Shown: positions 38,055-51,597 of the stretch, piece after piece
How the letters are laid out: every line of letters begins with the position of its first letter
Position numbering within the stretch: the stretch's first letter is position 1
Source of the DNA: Bdellovibrio sp.
Lineage (GTDB): Bacteria; Myxococcota; SpSt-1050
DNA: 64,000 nt
NCBI GenBank assembly: GCA_020725805.1
Contig: DYEF01000065.1
Span: 40,349-104,348 of the forward strand
Direction: 5' to 3'
The notes under the pieces: generated by a model
Seen by the model: only the letters and a program-made list of their open reading frames with translations
Told to the model about the DNA's origin: nothing
Databases searched by the model: none
Position numbers and translations under genes: made by a program

Positions 38055-39440
38055 CTAAACCGTTTTGAATATCTTTCCCGGATTCAGGAGATTGTAGGGG
38101 TCCATAATATTCTTTATCTCTTTCATAATTCTAACCGCATCCCTGTCGAGTTCTGACTCTGAAAAGTCTTTTTTAAGAAAACCGATTCCGTGCTCTCCCG
38201 AAATCGAACCGCCGTATCTGAGAACAATCTCTGTTACCTGCCTCATCACCTTATCAAAATTCTTCTCCATATCTTCCCTTGTACCGAACATAAAATTCAC
38301 ATGCAGATTCGAGTCACCAGCGTGACCGAATATTGCAATTCTGAATGAATTTTCTTCTGCAAATCTTCGCAGTTCAGAGACGGCATTTCTGAGGCTCCCG
38401 AGAGGTACTGATACATCATCGGCAATCCTGTATTCACCAAGCGCATTTAAAGACGGAGAGACATCCCTTCTTATATCCCATATATTCTCTATCTCATCGC
38501 TCTTGTTGGAGAATATCACATCCGTAATATTATGTTCTGCAAGTATATCCTTTACTTTTTCAGACTCTGCAAGGACTGATTCGGCCGTGCCGTCGAGTTC
38601 AACAAAGAGCAACGAATGGATGCTACTCTCTTTCAGAACATAGAATCCGGTAATCCGTTTATTGACCAGAATGCATTCCCTGTCCATAAATTCCAGTGAG
38701 CAGGGAAGAACTCCGCTTTTATATATTTCGAGTAAAAGATTCAGCCAGCCATATTCATCCCGAAACGGGATTACGAACAGGGCCCTCGAAAGCGGTCTGG
38801 GAATAAGTCTTACGGTTGCCTCTGTTATAATTGCCAAAGTCCCCTCGGAACCTGCAATGAGTCTCATCAGGTCATATCCTACAACGGATTTTACCACCTT
38901 GCCTCCGAGCCTCAGGACCCTGCCGTCAATGGTAACAACCCTCATTCCGAGCAGGTAATTCTTTGTAACCCCGTACTTTACAGCGTGAATTCCTCCGGCA
39001 TTATGGGAGATATTACCGCCAATCGTCGAGACCTTCACAGACGAAGGGTCAGGCGGATAATATAGTCCGTATTTTGCCGCTTCACTGTTAAGCTCCTGAG
39101 TAATAACCCCGGGCTCGGCCACTGCAATCATATTAATGCGGTCAATCTCTTTTATTCTGTTCATCTTCGTAAAACTGACCACAAATCCGCCCTTTACAGG
39201 GACCGGCCCACCCGAACGGGAGGTCCCGGAGCCCCGGGCTACAACAGGAATCCTGAATTCAGTAGCTATCTTTGCAATCTCAGTTACATCATTCTCGCTA
39301 TATGGGAATATTACTGCATCCGGCCTGAAAAAGATATTTGTGGAGTCATAGGAATAAAGGGAGAGATAATGCTCTTCCGTAAAAACCTTCTCCCTGCCAA
39401 TCCGTGATATGAGCTTTTCTATAGCCTTATTTATCTCCAT
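38055..39440 (-). CDS. FAD-linked oxidase (GlcD / D-lactate dehydrogenase family)
   Basis: FAD-binding PCMH-type N-domain (VVARGSGTSRSGG) and C-terminal EHGIGFLKKDF. 461 aa. It overlaps the M23 peptidase gene by 14 nt. Confidence 0.8.
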   Translation of the reverse strand: MEINKAIEKLISRIGREKVFTEEHYLSLYSYDSTNIFFRPDAVIFPYSENDVTEIAKIATEFRIPVVARGSGTSRSGGPVPVKGGFVVSFTKMNRIKEIDRINMIAVAEPGVITQELNSEAAKYGLYYPPDPSSVKVSTIGGNISHNAGGIHAVKYGVTKNYLLGMRVVTIDGRVLRLGGKVVKSVVGYDLMRLIAGSEGTLAIITEATVRLIPRPLSRALFVIPFRDEYGWLNLLLEIYKSGVLPCSLEFMDRECILVNKRITGFYVLKESSIHSLLFVELDGTAESVLAESEKVKDILAEHNITDVIFSNKSDEIENIWDIRRDVSPSLNALGEYRIADDVSVPLGSLRNAVSELRRFAEENSFRIAIFGHAGDSNLHVNFMFGTREDMEKNFDKVMRQVTEIVLRYGGSISGEHGIGFLKKDFSESELDRDAVRIMKEIKNIMDPYNLLNPGKIFKTV

Positions 39441-40722
39441 CCTTCTCTTCCTGTACCCCGGCAGATATTACCTTATTTTCAGTAAGAGTAAAATACTTTC
39501 TGTATTCCTCCACATACTTCTGAAACTCTGCCATATATTTGCGGTCGAGAGGTTCAGAAGGCGGTGCGACCTTCTTCAGCGGATTTACGATATTACCGTT
39601 TTGCCTCATCTCAAAATGAAGATGGGGTCCGGTCGAGACACCTGTCGAACCCACGTATCCGATGAGTCTCCCCTGCTCAACCGATATTCCCTGTCTGATA
39701 CCGGCACCGAATCTTGAAAGATGCCCGTATCTCGTCTCGAGACCGCCTTTATGCTTCAATATTATGAGATTGCCGTATCCACCCATAACTCCTGCAAAAG
39801 AGACAACCCCGTCTGCCACTGCCCACACCTGTGTGCCTGACGGAGCCGCATAATCGACACCGTGATGCATCTTAATTTTTTTATATACAGGGTGAAATCT
39901 CTTGCCAAAACCTGACGAGATTTTTCCATATTTCAGAGGGGATTTCAGAAATGCCCTTCTGTTTGCAAGGCCTTTAGAATTGTAATACCCGCCCTTTTTG
40001 TCTGCATAAAAATAGAATGCCTCTTTATTACCCGTGGTCTTCCCATTATACATTGCAGCCAGAATTTTCCCGTATTGCACAAAATAATTCCCGCTGTAAT
40101 ACTTCTCGACCACTATCTTGAATTCATCATCTGGCATAACCTCAGTATAAAAATCGATATCCCAGGCAAATACCTCATTGGCAAGAATGACGGATAGCTG
40201 CGGGTCCTCCCCTATCCTCTCCATTGTCTCATAGAGTGAACCCTGAACTTTACCCGTTACAAACTCGACTCTCTTTTCGACCTCATACTCTTCTTTGTAG
40301 GAGACGAATTTCCCGCTCTCGTCCCGTTCCACAATATAACTCTCGATTGGTGAAGATGAGTATGAAAAAGATTCCAGTTCACCGGAGTCCTTGCTCAGCG
40401 AGATGACAAATGTATCCTGAGGTTTGCATTTTCTGAAGTCCAGTACTCCCTTCAGATTCATAATTATCTGTTCGGCCACCTTATACTCTATGCCTGTCTT
40501 CAGAAGGGCAACAGATAACGTCTCTCCCTCCTCCAGTGTGCCGTAATATTTCAGGGTATTGCTCTCCGGGCCTATGGGTTCTGTATAAACTTCCTTCCTT
40601 ATTGTATCACATTCTGCAAGTGTCCGCGGTCTGTTATATTCCGCCTTAATCGGACCGGGTTTGTTACCACACCCCGTATAAAAGACCAAAATTATTATCA
40701 GGATTGCATAGAAATACCGCAT
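39427..40722 (-). CDS. M23 family metallopeptidase lipoprotein
   Basis: Lipobox LVFYTGCG and the M23 motifs HHGVDYAAP...GHLHFE. It starts 5 nt after the atpC stop. Confidence 0.8.
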   Translation of the reverse strand: MRYFYAILIIILVFYTGCGNKPGPIKAEYNRPRTLAECDTIRKEVYTEPIGPESNTLKYYGTLEEGETLSVALLKTGIEYKVAEQIIMNLKGVLDFRKCKPQDTFVISLSKDSGELESFSYSSSPIESYIVERDESGKFVSYKEEYEVEKRVEFVTGKVQGSLYETMERIGEDPQLSVILANEVFAWDIDFYTEVMPDDEFKIVVEKYYSGNYFVQYGKILAAMYNGKTTGNKEAFYFYADKKGGYYNSKGLANRRAFLKSPLKYGKISSGFGKRFHPVYKKIKMHHGVDYAAPSGTQVWAVADGVVSFAGVMGGYGNLIILKHKGGLETRYGHLSRFGAGIRQGISVEQGRLIGYVGSTGVSTGPHLHFEMRQNGNIVNPLKKVAPPSEPLDRKYMAEFQKYVEEYRKYFTLTENKVISAGVQEEKDGDK

Positions 40723-40727
40723 CAGGG

Positions 40728-41158
40728 TCAGGATGCACTGCCTTTTTTTCTGGACAGAAGCTCGAGCCTTGCTTCAGCCTTTCTGAGTCTGTTCTCCCAC
40801 TTTCTATATTCTGTATCGAACTGTCCGAGTTCCGATAGTTTTTTGAGAGATTCGTCCCTTAGCCTCTGAGCCCTTTCAGAATCTATTTCATCAGCCCATT
40901 CTGTCGAATCCACTATGACATCGACCTTATTATCGTGAATACTTGCATATCCGTCGGAGACACAGAGTTCCTTCTCACCGTCTTCATATTTGATGACGGC
41001 AATCCCGGGGACAATCTGGGTCAGAAACGGCGTATGCCCGCTCAGGACCTCGAAATACCCGTTCCTGCCGGGCAGAATGACACTCACAACCTCGCTGTGG
41101 ACAACGGATTCCTCGGGTGTAACAAGAGTCAGACTGATAAGATTCTTACTCTCTCCCA

Positions 41159-41159
<1 letters not shown>
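40728..41159 (-). CDS. atpC: F1 ATP synthase epsilon subunit
   Basis: 143 aa with the beta-sandwich plus helical hairpin pattern. Its ATG overlaps the atpD stop (TAATG). Confidence 0.85.
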
Positions 41160-43466
<2,307 letters not shown>

Positions 43467-43479
43467 AACTTATACCTGC

Positions 43480-45006
43480 CTATGGTCTGAAGATATCCCT
43501 GAATTCCTTTAGTGCCTTAACAATCTCTTTTCTAAGTTCATCGTCGAGCGCCTTCTTCTCGGCAATCTTTTTTAAGACCTCCGGATGCTTTGTATCCATA
43601 AAACTGACCAGTTCCTGCACATATCTTCTTATTGACTCAACGGGATAATCCCTTATGTAACTCTTGCCGTTCTCGTCCTTTTCGGTTGCGGCATAGATTA
43701 TTACCACCTGTTTTTCCATCGAATACGGCTTGTAGATATCCTGTTTTAAGAGTTCGACGATTCTCTTTCCGTTTTCGAGCTGCTCCTGTGTGATCTTATC
43801 GAGGTCAGAACCAAACTGTGCAAATGCCGCAAGTGCCCTGTACTGCATAAGGTCGAGCCTGAGTTTACCTGCCACCTGTTTCATAGCCTTCGTCTGGGCA
43901 TTGCCACCGACACGGGATACGGAGATACCGGGGTTGATTGCCGGTCTCACACCAGCATAGAAAAGGTCTGTTTCGAGATAGATCTGACCGTCAGTAATTG
44001 AGATGACATTTGTCGGAATATATGCCGAAACGTCGCCTGCCTGTGTCTCAATAATCGGCAGCGCAGTCAGAGAACCACCTCCGTACTTGTCAGACATCTT
44101 GGCCGCTCTTTCAAGGAGTCTCGAATGGAGGTAGAAGACATCACCGGGATATGCCTCTCTGCCGGGCGGTCTTCTCAAAAGAAGTGAAAGCTGTCTGTAT
44201 GCAACAGCGTGTTTTGACAAATCATCGTATATCAGGAGGGCGTGCTTACCGTTGTCTCTGAAATACTCACCCATAGTACAGCCCGAATACGGGGCAATGA
44301 ACTGAAGCGGTGCAGGGTCTGATGCATTGGCACAAATAACCGTTGTGTATTCCATTGCACCGAACTGCGAAAGCTTATCGACCACCTGCGCAACGGTTGA
44401 CTGCTTCTGACCTATCGCTACATAAAAGCAGTAAACATTCTGCCCTTTCTGGTTTATGATTGTGTCAATGGCTATTGCCGTCTTGCCCGTCTGTCTGTCT
44501 CCGATTATCAGCTCTCTCTGTCCCCTTCCGATGGGAATCATTGAATCGACAGCGAGTATTCCGGTCTGAAGCGGTTCCTTGACCGGCTGTCTGTAAACAA
44601 TACCGGGGGCCTTTATCTCGATGTTTCTTCTCTCCTTTGCAGCAACAGGTCCCTTCCCGTCGAGCGGTCTCCCGAGGGCATCCAGAACTCTGCCGATAAC
44701 GCCTTCCCCGACAGGGACATCGGCAATTCTGCCCGTCCTCTTGACCTTGTGGCCTTCCCTGATCTCCTTGTCATCGCCCATAATGGAGATACCAACTGTA
44801 TCCTCTTCAAGGTTGAGGACCATTCCCATTACATTTCCCTCAAATTCAACAAGTTCGCCTGCCATAGCATTCTCAAGGCCATATACTCTCGCAATACCGT
44901 CACCTGCCGAGATAACAGTACCTGTCTCCTTGAGGTCAATGTTCTTGTCTGCCTCAGAGATATAACTTTTTATTATCTCACTAATCTCCTGGGAAGAAAT
45001 CTTCAT
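43480..45006 (-). CDS. atpA: F1 ATP synthase alpha subunit
   Basis: Walker A GDRQTGKT and the typical C-terminal domain. 508 aa. Confidence 0.95.
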   Translation of the reverse strand: MKISSQEISEIIKSYISEADKNIDLKETGTVISAGDGIARVYGLENAMAGELVEFEGNVMGMVLNLEEDTVGISIMGDDKEIREGHKVKRTGRIADVPVGEGVIGRVLDALGRPLDGKGPVAAKERRNIEIKAPGIVYRQPVKEPLQTGILAVDSMIPIGRGQRELIIGDRQTGKTAIAIDTIINQKGQNVYCFYVAIGQKQSTVAQVVDKLSQFGAMEYTTVICANASDPAPLQFIAPYSGCTMGEYFRDNGKHALLIYDDLSKHAVAYRQLSLLLRRPPGREAYPGDVFYLHSRLLERAAKMSDKYGGGSLTALPIIETQAGDVSAYIPTNVISITDGQIYLETDLFYAGVRPAINPGISVSRVGGNAQTKAMKQVAGKLRLDLMQYRALAAFAQFGSDLDKITQEQLENGKRIVELLKQDIYKPYSMEKQVVIIYAATEKDENGKSYIRDYPVESIRRYVQELVSFMDTKHPEVLKKIAEKKALDDELRKEIVKALKEFRDIFRP

Positions 45007-45021
45007 AACACCTACCTCTTC

Positions 45022-45561
45022 TTAAATAATATTGATATTTTCTATTGTATTTATCCTTCGCAATACCGAACCATCTATCTCAAGTGAACCGATTCTTATT
45101 ATGGCACCGCCTATTATTTCCTTCCTGATTTTCGGACTCAGGACTACCTTCTTGCCCAGAACTCCTGAAAGTTCGCTCTCGGCCTTTTTGACAAGTGATG
45201 CATCAACCGGGCTTGCGGTAATGAACTCCCCTCTTAAAACCCCCTCCTTGCGGTCTATATCCTCATCGATAATATCTATAACCTGTCTGAGGTGATTCAG
45301 TCTGTAATTCGAAAGCATCGCGGCAAGCAGATTACTGACGATACTGTGACAATTCATTTTGGAAATTATGCTCTCAAGCAGCTTTTTTCTCTTTTCTACC
45401 GGCAGAACAGGTTTTGAAAGCAATTCCTCGAGTTCTGCAGAAGATGAAATTGCTTCTGATACCATATTGAGCTGATTCCTGAACTCCTTCAGCTGACTGT
45501 CATTTGAGGCACTCTTGATTAAAGCCCTTGCATATGTCCTTGCAATACTCTTTTTAATCAT
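45022..45561 (-). CDS. atpH: ATP synthase delta (OSCP) subunit
   Basis: 179 aa with the OSCP-like N-terminus ARTYARAL and C-terminal GGAIIRIGSLEIDGSV. It overlaps atpF by 4 nt. Confidence 0.8.
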   Translation of the reverse strand: MIKKSIARTYARALIKSASNDSQLKEFRNQLNMVSEAISSSAELEELLSKPVLPVEKRKKLLESIISKMNCHSIVSNLLAAMLSNYRLNHLRQVIDIIDEDIDRKEGVLRGEFITASPVDASLVKKAESELSGVLGKKVVLSPKIRKEIIGGAIIRIGSLEIDGSVLRRINTIENINII

Positions 45562-46172
45562 ACCAGATACCCGAAATTCTTCCTGTCTACTGTTTTCAGT
45601 GAGTTTACAAATTCCTCAATTATCTGTCTGTCACGCTCCGGGGAATACTGCGCCAGAATGGTTTTAAGGGATTTTTCGGTAGCACTCCTGATTATCTGTT
45701 TTACTATTTCCTTTCTCAGTTCGAGCGTTTCGAAAAGTATCGTCTGCTCTGCTGAACTTCTGAGTGACTGGGCAGTCCTCTTTGCGTGACTGATAATCTC
45801 CTCTTTTTCTTTTTTTGCCATATCGATATATTCTTCCCTGATCGCAGATTTGTAATAATCGATTCTGGCAAGTTTCTCCTCGATATCTTTAAGCTTCGCC
45901 AGAGCCTCGTCTCTGATTCTGACAGATTCGTCCATCTGCTTCTTCATATTTTCGTAGCGGCTGCTGAAAAACTGACCGACCTTTTTCCTTAAAAGATAAC
46001 CGAGCAGACCGAAGAGCACAACAAAATTCAGGATAAACCAGGCAACCGGAGGACTCTCCGTATCCCATGCAAACCAGTTAATATGTGCATCCTGATGACC
46101 GCCTCCGCCGTGACCGGCCATTATATCCGGTGCAACCAGAACGAGAAAAAGAATCAAAAATATTCTTAACAT
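45558..46172 (-). CDS. atpF: Fo ATP synthase b subunit
   Basis: An N-terminal hydrophobic anchor followed by a long charged coiled-coil (KKQMDESVRIRDEALAKLKDIEEKL), the b-subunit architecture. Confidence 0.75.
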   Translation of the reverse strand: MLRIFLILFLVLVAPDIMAGHGGGGHQDAHINWFAWDTESPPVAWFILNFVVLFGLLGYLLRKKVGQFFSSRYENMKKQMDESVRIRDEALAKLKDIEEKLARIDYYKSAIREEYIDMAKKEKEEIISHAKRTAQSLRSSAEQTILFETLELRKEIVKQIIRSATEKSLKTILAQYSPERDRQIIEEFVNSLKTVDRKNFGYLV

Positions 46173-46177
46173 AATAA

Positions 46178-46609
46178 TCAGTTGCTCCCTGAACCTTTTA
46201 ATATCTTTTCGGTAATCTGATTACTTATAGAATCTATATGCTTTGCCGCATCGGCCATAATACTGTCCTTATCCTTCCTGAGATTTTCCCGTCCCTTTTC
46301 AATTATCTCGGCTACTTCCTGTCTTGCCGTCTGAAGAATCTTATCTCTTTCTGTATTTGCCTCTTCCTTAATCTTTTCATATTCCTGTCTGGCATCCTCC
46401 CTTGCAATCCTGACGGATTCATCGAATTTTTTGGAGAGCTCCTCTACCTTCTGTTTCAGTTCCTCCGCCTCTTTTCTGTACCCCACAAGTATCTCATCCC
46501 TCTTTCTGAGATTTTTGAGATACGGGTCAAAGAAAATGAATTTGAGTGAAATTGCCAGAACAATGAAGAGTGCAAGCTGGATAAAAAAGGTATAATCTAA
46601 ATCTATCAT
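46178..46609 (-). CDS. Fo ATP synthase b-prime (second b-type) subunit
   Basis: 143 aa with a single N-terminal TM helix and a charged helix (KKFDESVRIAREDARQEYEKIKEE) paralogous to the adjacent b subunit. Confidence 0.7.
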   Translation of the reverse strand: MIDLDYTFFIQLALFIVLAISLKFIFFDPYLKNLRKRDEILVGYRKEAEELKQKVEELSKKFDESVRIAREDARQEYEKIKEEANTERDKILQTARQEVAEIIEKGRENLRKDKDSIMADAAKHIDSISNQITEKILKGSGSN

Positions 46610-46786
46610 AAACCTTATAACCTTACAAAATCCTATGAGTAATTTTCATAAATCCCACAACAACTGATTTCAGTTAACACATTATGACGCAGTATGTCAA
46701 TAAAAAATCAAAGAAATTTTAATTTGATTTCTTCTGATAATTGATTAATATTTAAAGGGTAAAAACTTTTTTAGAGGAAGAGAGAT

Positions 46787-49171
46787 ATGATTAAACTTTT
46801 GGAAGAGATTCGTTCATCGGAAAACATTAAAGAGTTATTTGACTATATTACAGAAGGAATACAGATTCTGGATAGTGATCTGAGATATTTGTATTTGAAC
46901 AGAGCCTGTATTCTTCAGGCGAGAGAGAGCCCTGAGAATCTGATAGGGAAGAAAATCACTGATATATATAAAGGCATCGAAAATACAGAACTCTACAGGA
47001 GAATTAATGAGAGTATTAAGTATCAAAAGAAGGGAGAGATGATAAATGAATTTACATATCCCGACGGAAAAACGGGATGGTTCTTATTAAGATTTGAACC
47101 ATTTAGAAATGGTTTAATCATTCTTTCAATGGATATATCCGAGCTTTACAAAAAGGATAGAGAAATAATCTTATTAAATAAATTACTTAGAAGTATAAGA
47201 GACATCAATCAGCTTATTGTGAGAGAAAAAGACCGAAGAAGACTCATTGATTCTGCCTGCCGGATACTGACACAATCAGGGTTATTCAAAGCTACTCTGA
47301 TTTTATTATTTAAAAATGAAAATATAGAACATTATTCAATTAGCTCTGATGACAAGACGATATTAGAATATACTGACCTTATAAGGGATAATAAATTACC
47401 AGAATGTATAAAAAAATCGAGGTCCGCCAATATTACTATGGTTATAAAAGAGCATACAGACCTGTGTGCCAGATGCCCACTATTTGAAAAACACCGAAAA
47501 GGTATCAGAACAATTGTGCTGACTATATCCTATGGACTAAGGCATTTTGGCACACTATATTGTGTCTCCGAAAATGATAATGTAACCGGAGATGAAGAGG
47601 TCTCCCTTCTAAAAGAAATAAGTGGAGATATTGGTTATTCATTCTATAACTTAGATGTAGAATATAACCTTGGCAAGTCTCTCAAGTTATTTGAAAATTT
47701 TATGGAAAATATAAATGATATTATGGTAGTACTGAATCAGGATTATGTAATAACTTATATTAATCCATACATAAATAATTTCGGTTTTGATTCTGCAGAA
47801 CTTACCGGCAAACCACTTACTGATTTAGCAATAAAAGAAGAGAGAGAATTAATTATCAATTCACTAAATAAGTTGAGAAAAGGCGGGCATATAGAATTTG
47901 AAATTCACCTAATAAATCAATCAAAGAAGGCACATACTTTCAGAACCAAAGGGGTACTTATAGATAATTCAGAAGACAATTCTCCGATTGTTTTGATTAT
48001 GGAAGATATAACAGAACAACAGATAATGAAACAGCAGATGCTCAGTTCTCAGAAACTTGAATCAATCGGCAGACTTGCAGGTGGAATTGCCCACGACTTT
48101 AATAATATACTCTCTGTGATTTTAAATCATGCTGACTTTGCAATTTCCAATATTAAAAATAATAGAGATGCAACTGAAAACCTGCAAAACATTAAAAGTG
48201 CAGGGCTACGAGCAGCGGACCTTACACGACAGTTACTCTCTTTTAGTCGAAGAAATATTGCAGAATCAAAAATAATAAATATCAACAAATCAATTCAGGA
48301 CATAGTCAAACTTATAAGAAAAGTTATTGGGGAGAATATATCTATTGACACATATCTGGATGAAAAATTAAAACCCATATTGATTGACCCTGGACATCTG
48401 GACCAGATTCTGATGAATTTAATTGTTAATGCAAGAGATGCTATGCCCCGAGGAGGAAAGATAACTATATCAACTGAAAACATATTCTTACCAGAAGACT
48501 ACAAAAACAGGAAATTTAATTTAAAATCAGGTGAATACTCTATAATTATTATTTCTGACACAGGGATAGGGATAGATGAATCAATACTCTCAAAAATATT
48601 TGAACCGTTTTTTACGACAAAAGAACAGGGGAAAGGGACAGGACTTGGACTGGCGACAGTTTATGGACTTGTCAGACAATATGGAGGAGACATTTTTGTT
48701 TATAGTGAGGTTGAACACGGCTCTACATTTAAGGTCTATCTGCCAGTTGCTACCAGTGTGAGCAGCGAAGAAATAAAAGAAAAAATTATATCAAGTCCGA
48801 CAGGTAATGAGACCATTCTCCTTGTAGAAGATGACTCTATGGTGCGGGATATTACCCTTAGAATACTCAAAGATGCAGGATATAAAGTCTTATCTGCCTC
48901 CTCGCCAGATGAGGCAATTAAAATTGCCGAAACGGAGAAAGAGAATATAAAATTATTATTAAGCGATGTAATAATGCCTCAGATGAATGGAATCGAATTG
49001 GCCCAAATAATTAGAAACAAGATAAAAGACCTCAAAATCCTATTTATGTCCGGATATACTGAGGAGGTGCTTTCAAGTACAAATATCGCGAAGAGTTCAA
49101 TAAACATTATTCAAAAGCCATTCGATGCATACAATCTCAGAAAGAAAATCAGAGAGATTCTGGACAAATAA
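46787..49171 (+). CDS. hybrid sensor histidine kinase/response regulator (PAS, GAF-like, PAS, HisKA, HATPase_c, REC)
   Basis: H-box [12 protein letters not shown]-box [13 protein letters not shown]-boxes DTGIGI and GTGLGLATV, and a C-terminal receiver domain (LLVEDD...[13 protein letters not shown]...KILFMSGY). The RBS is GAGGAAGAGAG. Confidence 0.85.
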   Translation: MIKLLEEIRSSENIKELFDYITEGIQILDSDLRYLYLNRACILQARESPENLIGKKITDIYKGIENTELYRRINESIKYQKKGEMINEFTYPDGKTGWFLLRFEPFRNGLIILSMDISELYKKDREIILLNKLLRSIRDINQLIVREKDRRRLIDSACRILTQSGLFKATLILLFKNENIEHYSISSDDKTILEYTDLIRDNKLPECIKKSRSANITMVIKEHTDLCARCPLFEKHRKGIRTIVLTISYGLRHFGTLYCVSENDNVTGDEEVSLLKEISGDIGYSFYNLDVEYNLGKSLKLFENFMENINDIMVVLNQDYVITYINPYINNFGFDSAELTGKPLTDLAIKEERELIINSLNKLRKGGHIEFEIHLINQSKKAHTFRTKGVLIDNSEDNSPIVLIMEDITEQQIMKQQMLSSQKLESIGRLAGGIAHDFNNILSVILNHADFAISNIKNNRDATENLQNIKSAGLRAADLTRQLLSFSRRNIAESKIININKSIQDIVKLIRKVIGENISIDTYLDEKLKPILIDPGHLDQILMNLIVNARDAMPRGGKITISTENIFLPEDYKNRKFNLKSGEYSIIIISDTGIGIDESILSKIFEPFFTTKEQGKGTGLGLATVYGLVRQYGGDIFVYSEVEHGSTFKVYLPVATSVSSEEIKEKIISSPTGNETILLVEDDSMVRDITLRILKDAGYKVLSASSPDEAIKIAETEKENIKLLLSDVIMPQMNGIELAQIIRNKIKDLKILFMSGYTEEVLSSTNIAKSSINIIQKPFDAYNLRKKIREILDK

Positions 49172-49182
49172 AATTTTGTCTT

Positions 49183-49200
49183 GCAAAAACTTATTTTTGC
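49183..49200 (+). terminator. weak AT-rich hairpin after the histidine kinase gene
   Basis: gcaaaaa-ctta-tttttgc followed by tttaatc. The stem is AT-rich, so it is a low-confidence intrinsic terminator. Confidence 0.2.
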
Positions 49201-49230
49201 TTTAATCTTAAAGCATTGTTTACGGAGGTA

Positions 49231-51168
49231 ATGATGTATAAGTATTCTATCCTGTTTGTTTCATTATGTCTTTTTCTTTACTTTGCTGCCTGTTCTGACG
49301 AAAGTTCTGAGGATTACATACCAGACACAATTCACAAGGATGTTTCATCAGACATTTCAAAACCCGAAGACATAACGGATATTGCCGATATTACAGAGAC
49401 CAGAGATATTGCTGACACAGGTTCCGATATAAAAGAAATACAGGATATTTCCGAGACGGATATTTCTGATTCGGGAGCTGATGCAGAAACAGATTCGTCG
49501 GTTATAACCGATATATCAGAGAAAGATGCCGGAGAAGATACAGAGACCGCAGACACAACAGATATTCAGATTGCGGACATATCAACAGATAACATTATTT
49601 ATGATGCAGGCGCTGACACATTCGCCGATGCAGCAAATGACGCTACAGGTGAAGATACCGGAGATACAGGGAGTACGGATATAACTCTTTTGCAGCCTGT
49701 AATAAACGAGCTGATGATTACTCCCAATTTCTCGGATACCGAACTCGGACAATATATCGAAATATACAACCCGAACAGTTTCGGAATCGACATCAACGGA
49801 TACAGACTGAAGACAGATTCAAAGGAGTTTACGATTTCAAATACAGAATGTGAGACCGTTATCAACGCATATTCCTATCTCGTTGCCGGTGCAACAAAGG
49901 ACCCCACTAAAAATTCATATGCCAAGGTAAAATGTGAATGGAAAGACATGTTCACTCTAACAAATGCAAATTACCTCGAACTTCTCAGAACCGACAATGT
50001 ATCGGTCGAGAAGATAGACCTTACATCGCTTGCCAGAAAGAAAGGCTCTTCGATAGAGAGAAAAGGTGATAAGTTTGAAGTATCTCCCTCACTTATTACT
50101 TTTCTTGAAGAGACAGGCTATTACAGCGGAGACAGAGGTTCACCCGGTAAGACCAATTACGACCTGAAACAAAAAGGGAAGCTCTCCGAATCATCGACCC
50201 AGAAAGACAGGATAGAGAAGGAGAACTCCGTTCACAGATACCCTGCTGACCTTGCAGAAGGTGATATTATAGCCTTTTATGCAGATGTGGACAGAATCAA
50301 CGGAGACCTGAAACTATTTGCGGCTCTTCTCGACTCAGACTTAAACTTTCTGACCCCTGACAAATATATTTCGGATATAACATACGACTACTTCATCTAT
50401 CATCTTATAAGGGAGACAAAAAGATATTACTTCCAGATTCAGCCAGATTACTTTTTCAAATTCAACCCCGCAAATATTGAAGCCACTTATTTCAGGGCAG
50501 ACGGGATAAAGGTCAGTAAAGACCTTATTGAATTAAAAGTAGGAGAACAATATCAGATTACAACATACGCAACATTCAGCCAGAATAAGGACCTCAAGGA
50601 TTTTCTGATAGAAAAGACACTCCCTGACTATTCATCGAATGACCCGAATATCGCCGATGTCTCCAAAGACGGAATAATTACAGCAAAGAATATCGGGGCC
50701 GTTACCATTTACATTGGCTACCATTATATAGATAATACAAGTCTTGACACCTCGATGGTAGTAAATGTCTATAATCAGCCTTCAAACGAGACCTGCAATA
50801 CTGCAATCGATGCAACAAACGGTCTCTCTACATACGCATCTACAATAGGAGCAACCGATGATTACAATCCTGAAAAATGTGTGTTTTCGATGTTCTCGGG
50901 CGGAGATATCGTATATTACGTAGATGCAGACCCCAGTGCCACATACGAAGTCCTTGTTGAACCTTACGGTAGCTTCGACCCGATGATATATGTCTATGAT
51001 GACTGCAGTAAGACTGAATGTCTTTACGGAACGGTTTTGAACGGTGCAGGTGACCCGGAAAAACTGACATTTAAGAATGAGACTTTCTCAAAGAAGAGAT
51101 TCTACATCATAATTGACGGTGAGGCCGGCGATGACGGTTCATTCCAGCTCACTATAACCAGAAAGTAG
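49231..51168 (+). CDS. secreted lipoprotein with an acidic repeat linker, a lamin-tail domain, a Big_2 domain and a C-terminal beta-sandwich
   Basis: Signal/lipobox MMYKYSILFVSLCLFLYFAAC. A ~150-aa tract rich in D-I-x-D/E-T follows (DITDIADITETRDIADTGSDIKEIQDISETDISDSGAD). LTD motif: PVINELMITPNF...YIEIYNP...DINGYRL. Big_2: NIADVSKDGIITAKNIGAVTIYIGY. Confidence 0.65.
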   Translation: MMYKYSILFVSLCLFLYFAACSDESSEDYIPDTIHKDVSSDISKPEDITDIADITETRDIADTGSDIKEIQDISETDISDSGADAETDSSVITDISEKDAGEDTETADTTDIQIADISTDNIIYDAGADTFADAANDATGEDTGDTGSTDITLLQPVINELMITPNFSDTELGQYIEIYNPNSFGIDINGYRLKTDSKEFTISNTECETVINAYSYLVAGATKDPTKNSYAKVKCEWKDMFTLTNANYLELLRTDNVSVEKIDLTSLARKKGSSIERKGDKFEVSPSLITFLEETGYYSGDRGSPGKTNYDLKQKGKLSESSTQKDRIEKENSVHRYPADLAEGDIIAFYADVDRINGDLKLFAALLDSDLNFLTPDKYISDITYDYFIYHLIRETKRYYFQIQPDYFFKFNPANIEATYFRADGIKVSKDLIELKVGEQYQITTYATFSQNKDLKDFLIEKTLPDYSSNDPNIADVSKDGIITAKNIGAVTIYIGYHYIDNTSLDTSMVVNVYNQPSNETCNTAIDATNGLSTYASTIGATDDYNPEKCVFSMFSGGDIVYYVDADPSATYEVLVEPYGSFDPMIYVYDDCSKTECLYGTVLNGAGDPEKLTFKNETFSKKRFYIIIDGEAGDDGSFQLTITRK

Positions 51169-51171
51169 TTA

Positions 51172-51591
51172 TTATACTCCGTAAATATGAACTACCACAG
51201 TCCTTTCCCTCGGTCTGTGGTCAAACTCTGCAAGGACTATCTGCTGCCATGTACCCAGCACAGCCCTGCCATCTTCTATAGGGAATGTAAATGACTGCCC
51301 CAGAAGAGTAGCTCTCAGGTGTGAATGTCCGTTATCATCATTCCAGGTTGCATTATGGGCATACTCTCTATCCTGCGGGGCAATCTCTTCTAAAAGTTCC
51401 CTCAAATCCTTTGCAAGTCCGGGCTCATACTCCATGGTCAGAACCGATGCGGTCGAACCGATAACAAAAACTATTGCAAAACCCTCTTTTACTCCGCTCT
51501 TCTTGACCAGAGTCAGAACTTCTTCAGTAATGTCAAGGAGGTCGTTCTCTCCGGCTGTCTTCCTGAATATTCTGTACTTAAATAGCTTCAT
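51172..51591 (-). CDS. yjbQ: YjbQ/UPF0047 family protein (secondary thiamine-phosphate synthase enzyme family)
   Basis: 139 aa: IVFVIGSTASVLTMEYEPGL..DL...HNATWNDDNGHSHLRATLLGQS...PIEDGRAVLGTWQQIVLAEFD matches the YjbQ family pattern. Confidence 0.8.
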   Translation of the reverse strand: MKLFKYRIFRKTAGENDLLDITEEVLTLVKKSGVKEGFAIVFVIGSTASVLTMEYEPGLAKDLRELLEEIAPQDREYAHNATWNDDNGHSHLRATLLGQSFTFPIEDGRAVLGTWQQIVLAEFDHRPRERTVVVHIYGV

Positions 51592-51597
51592 ATTTGT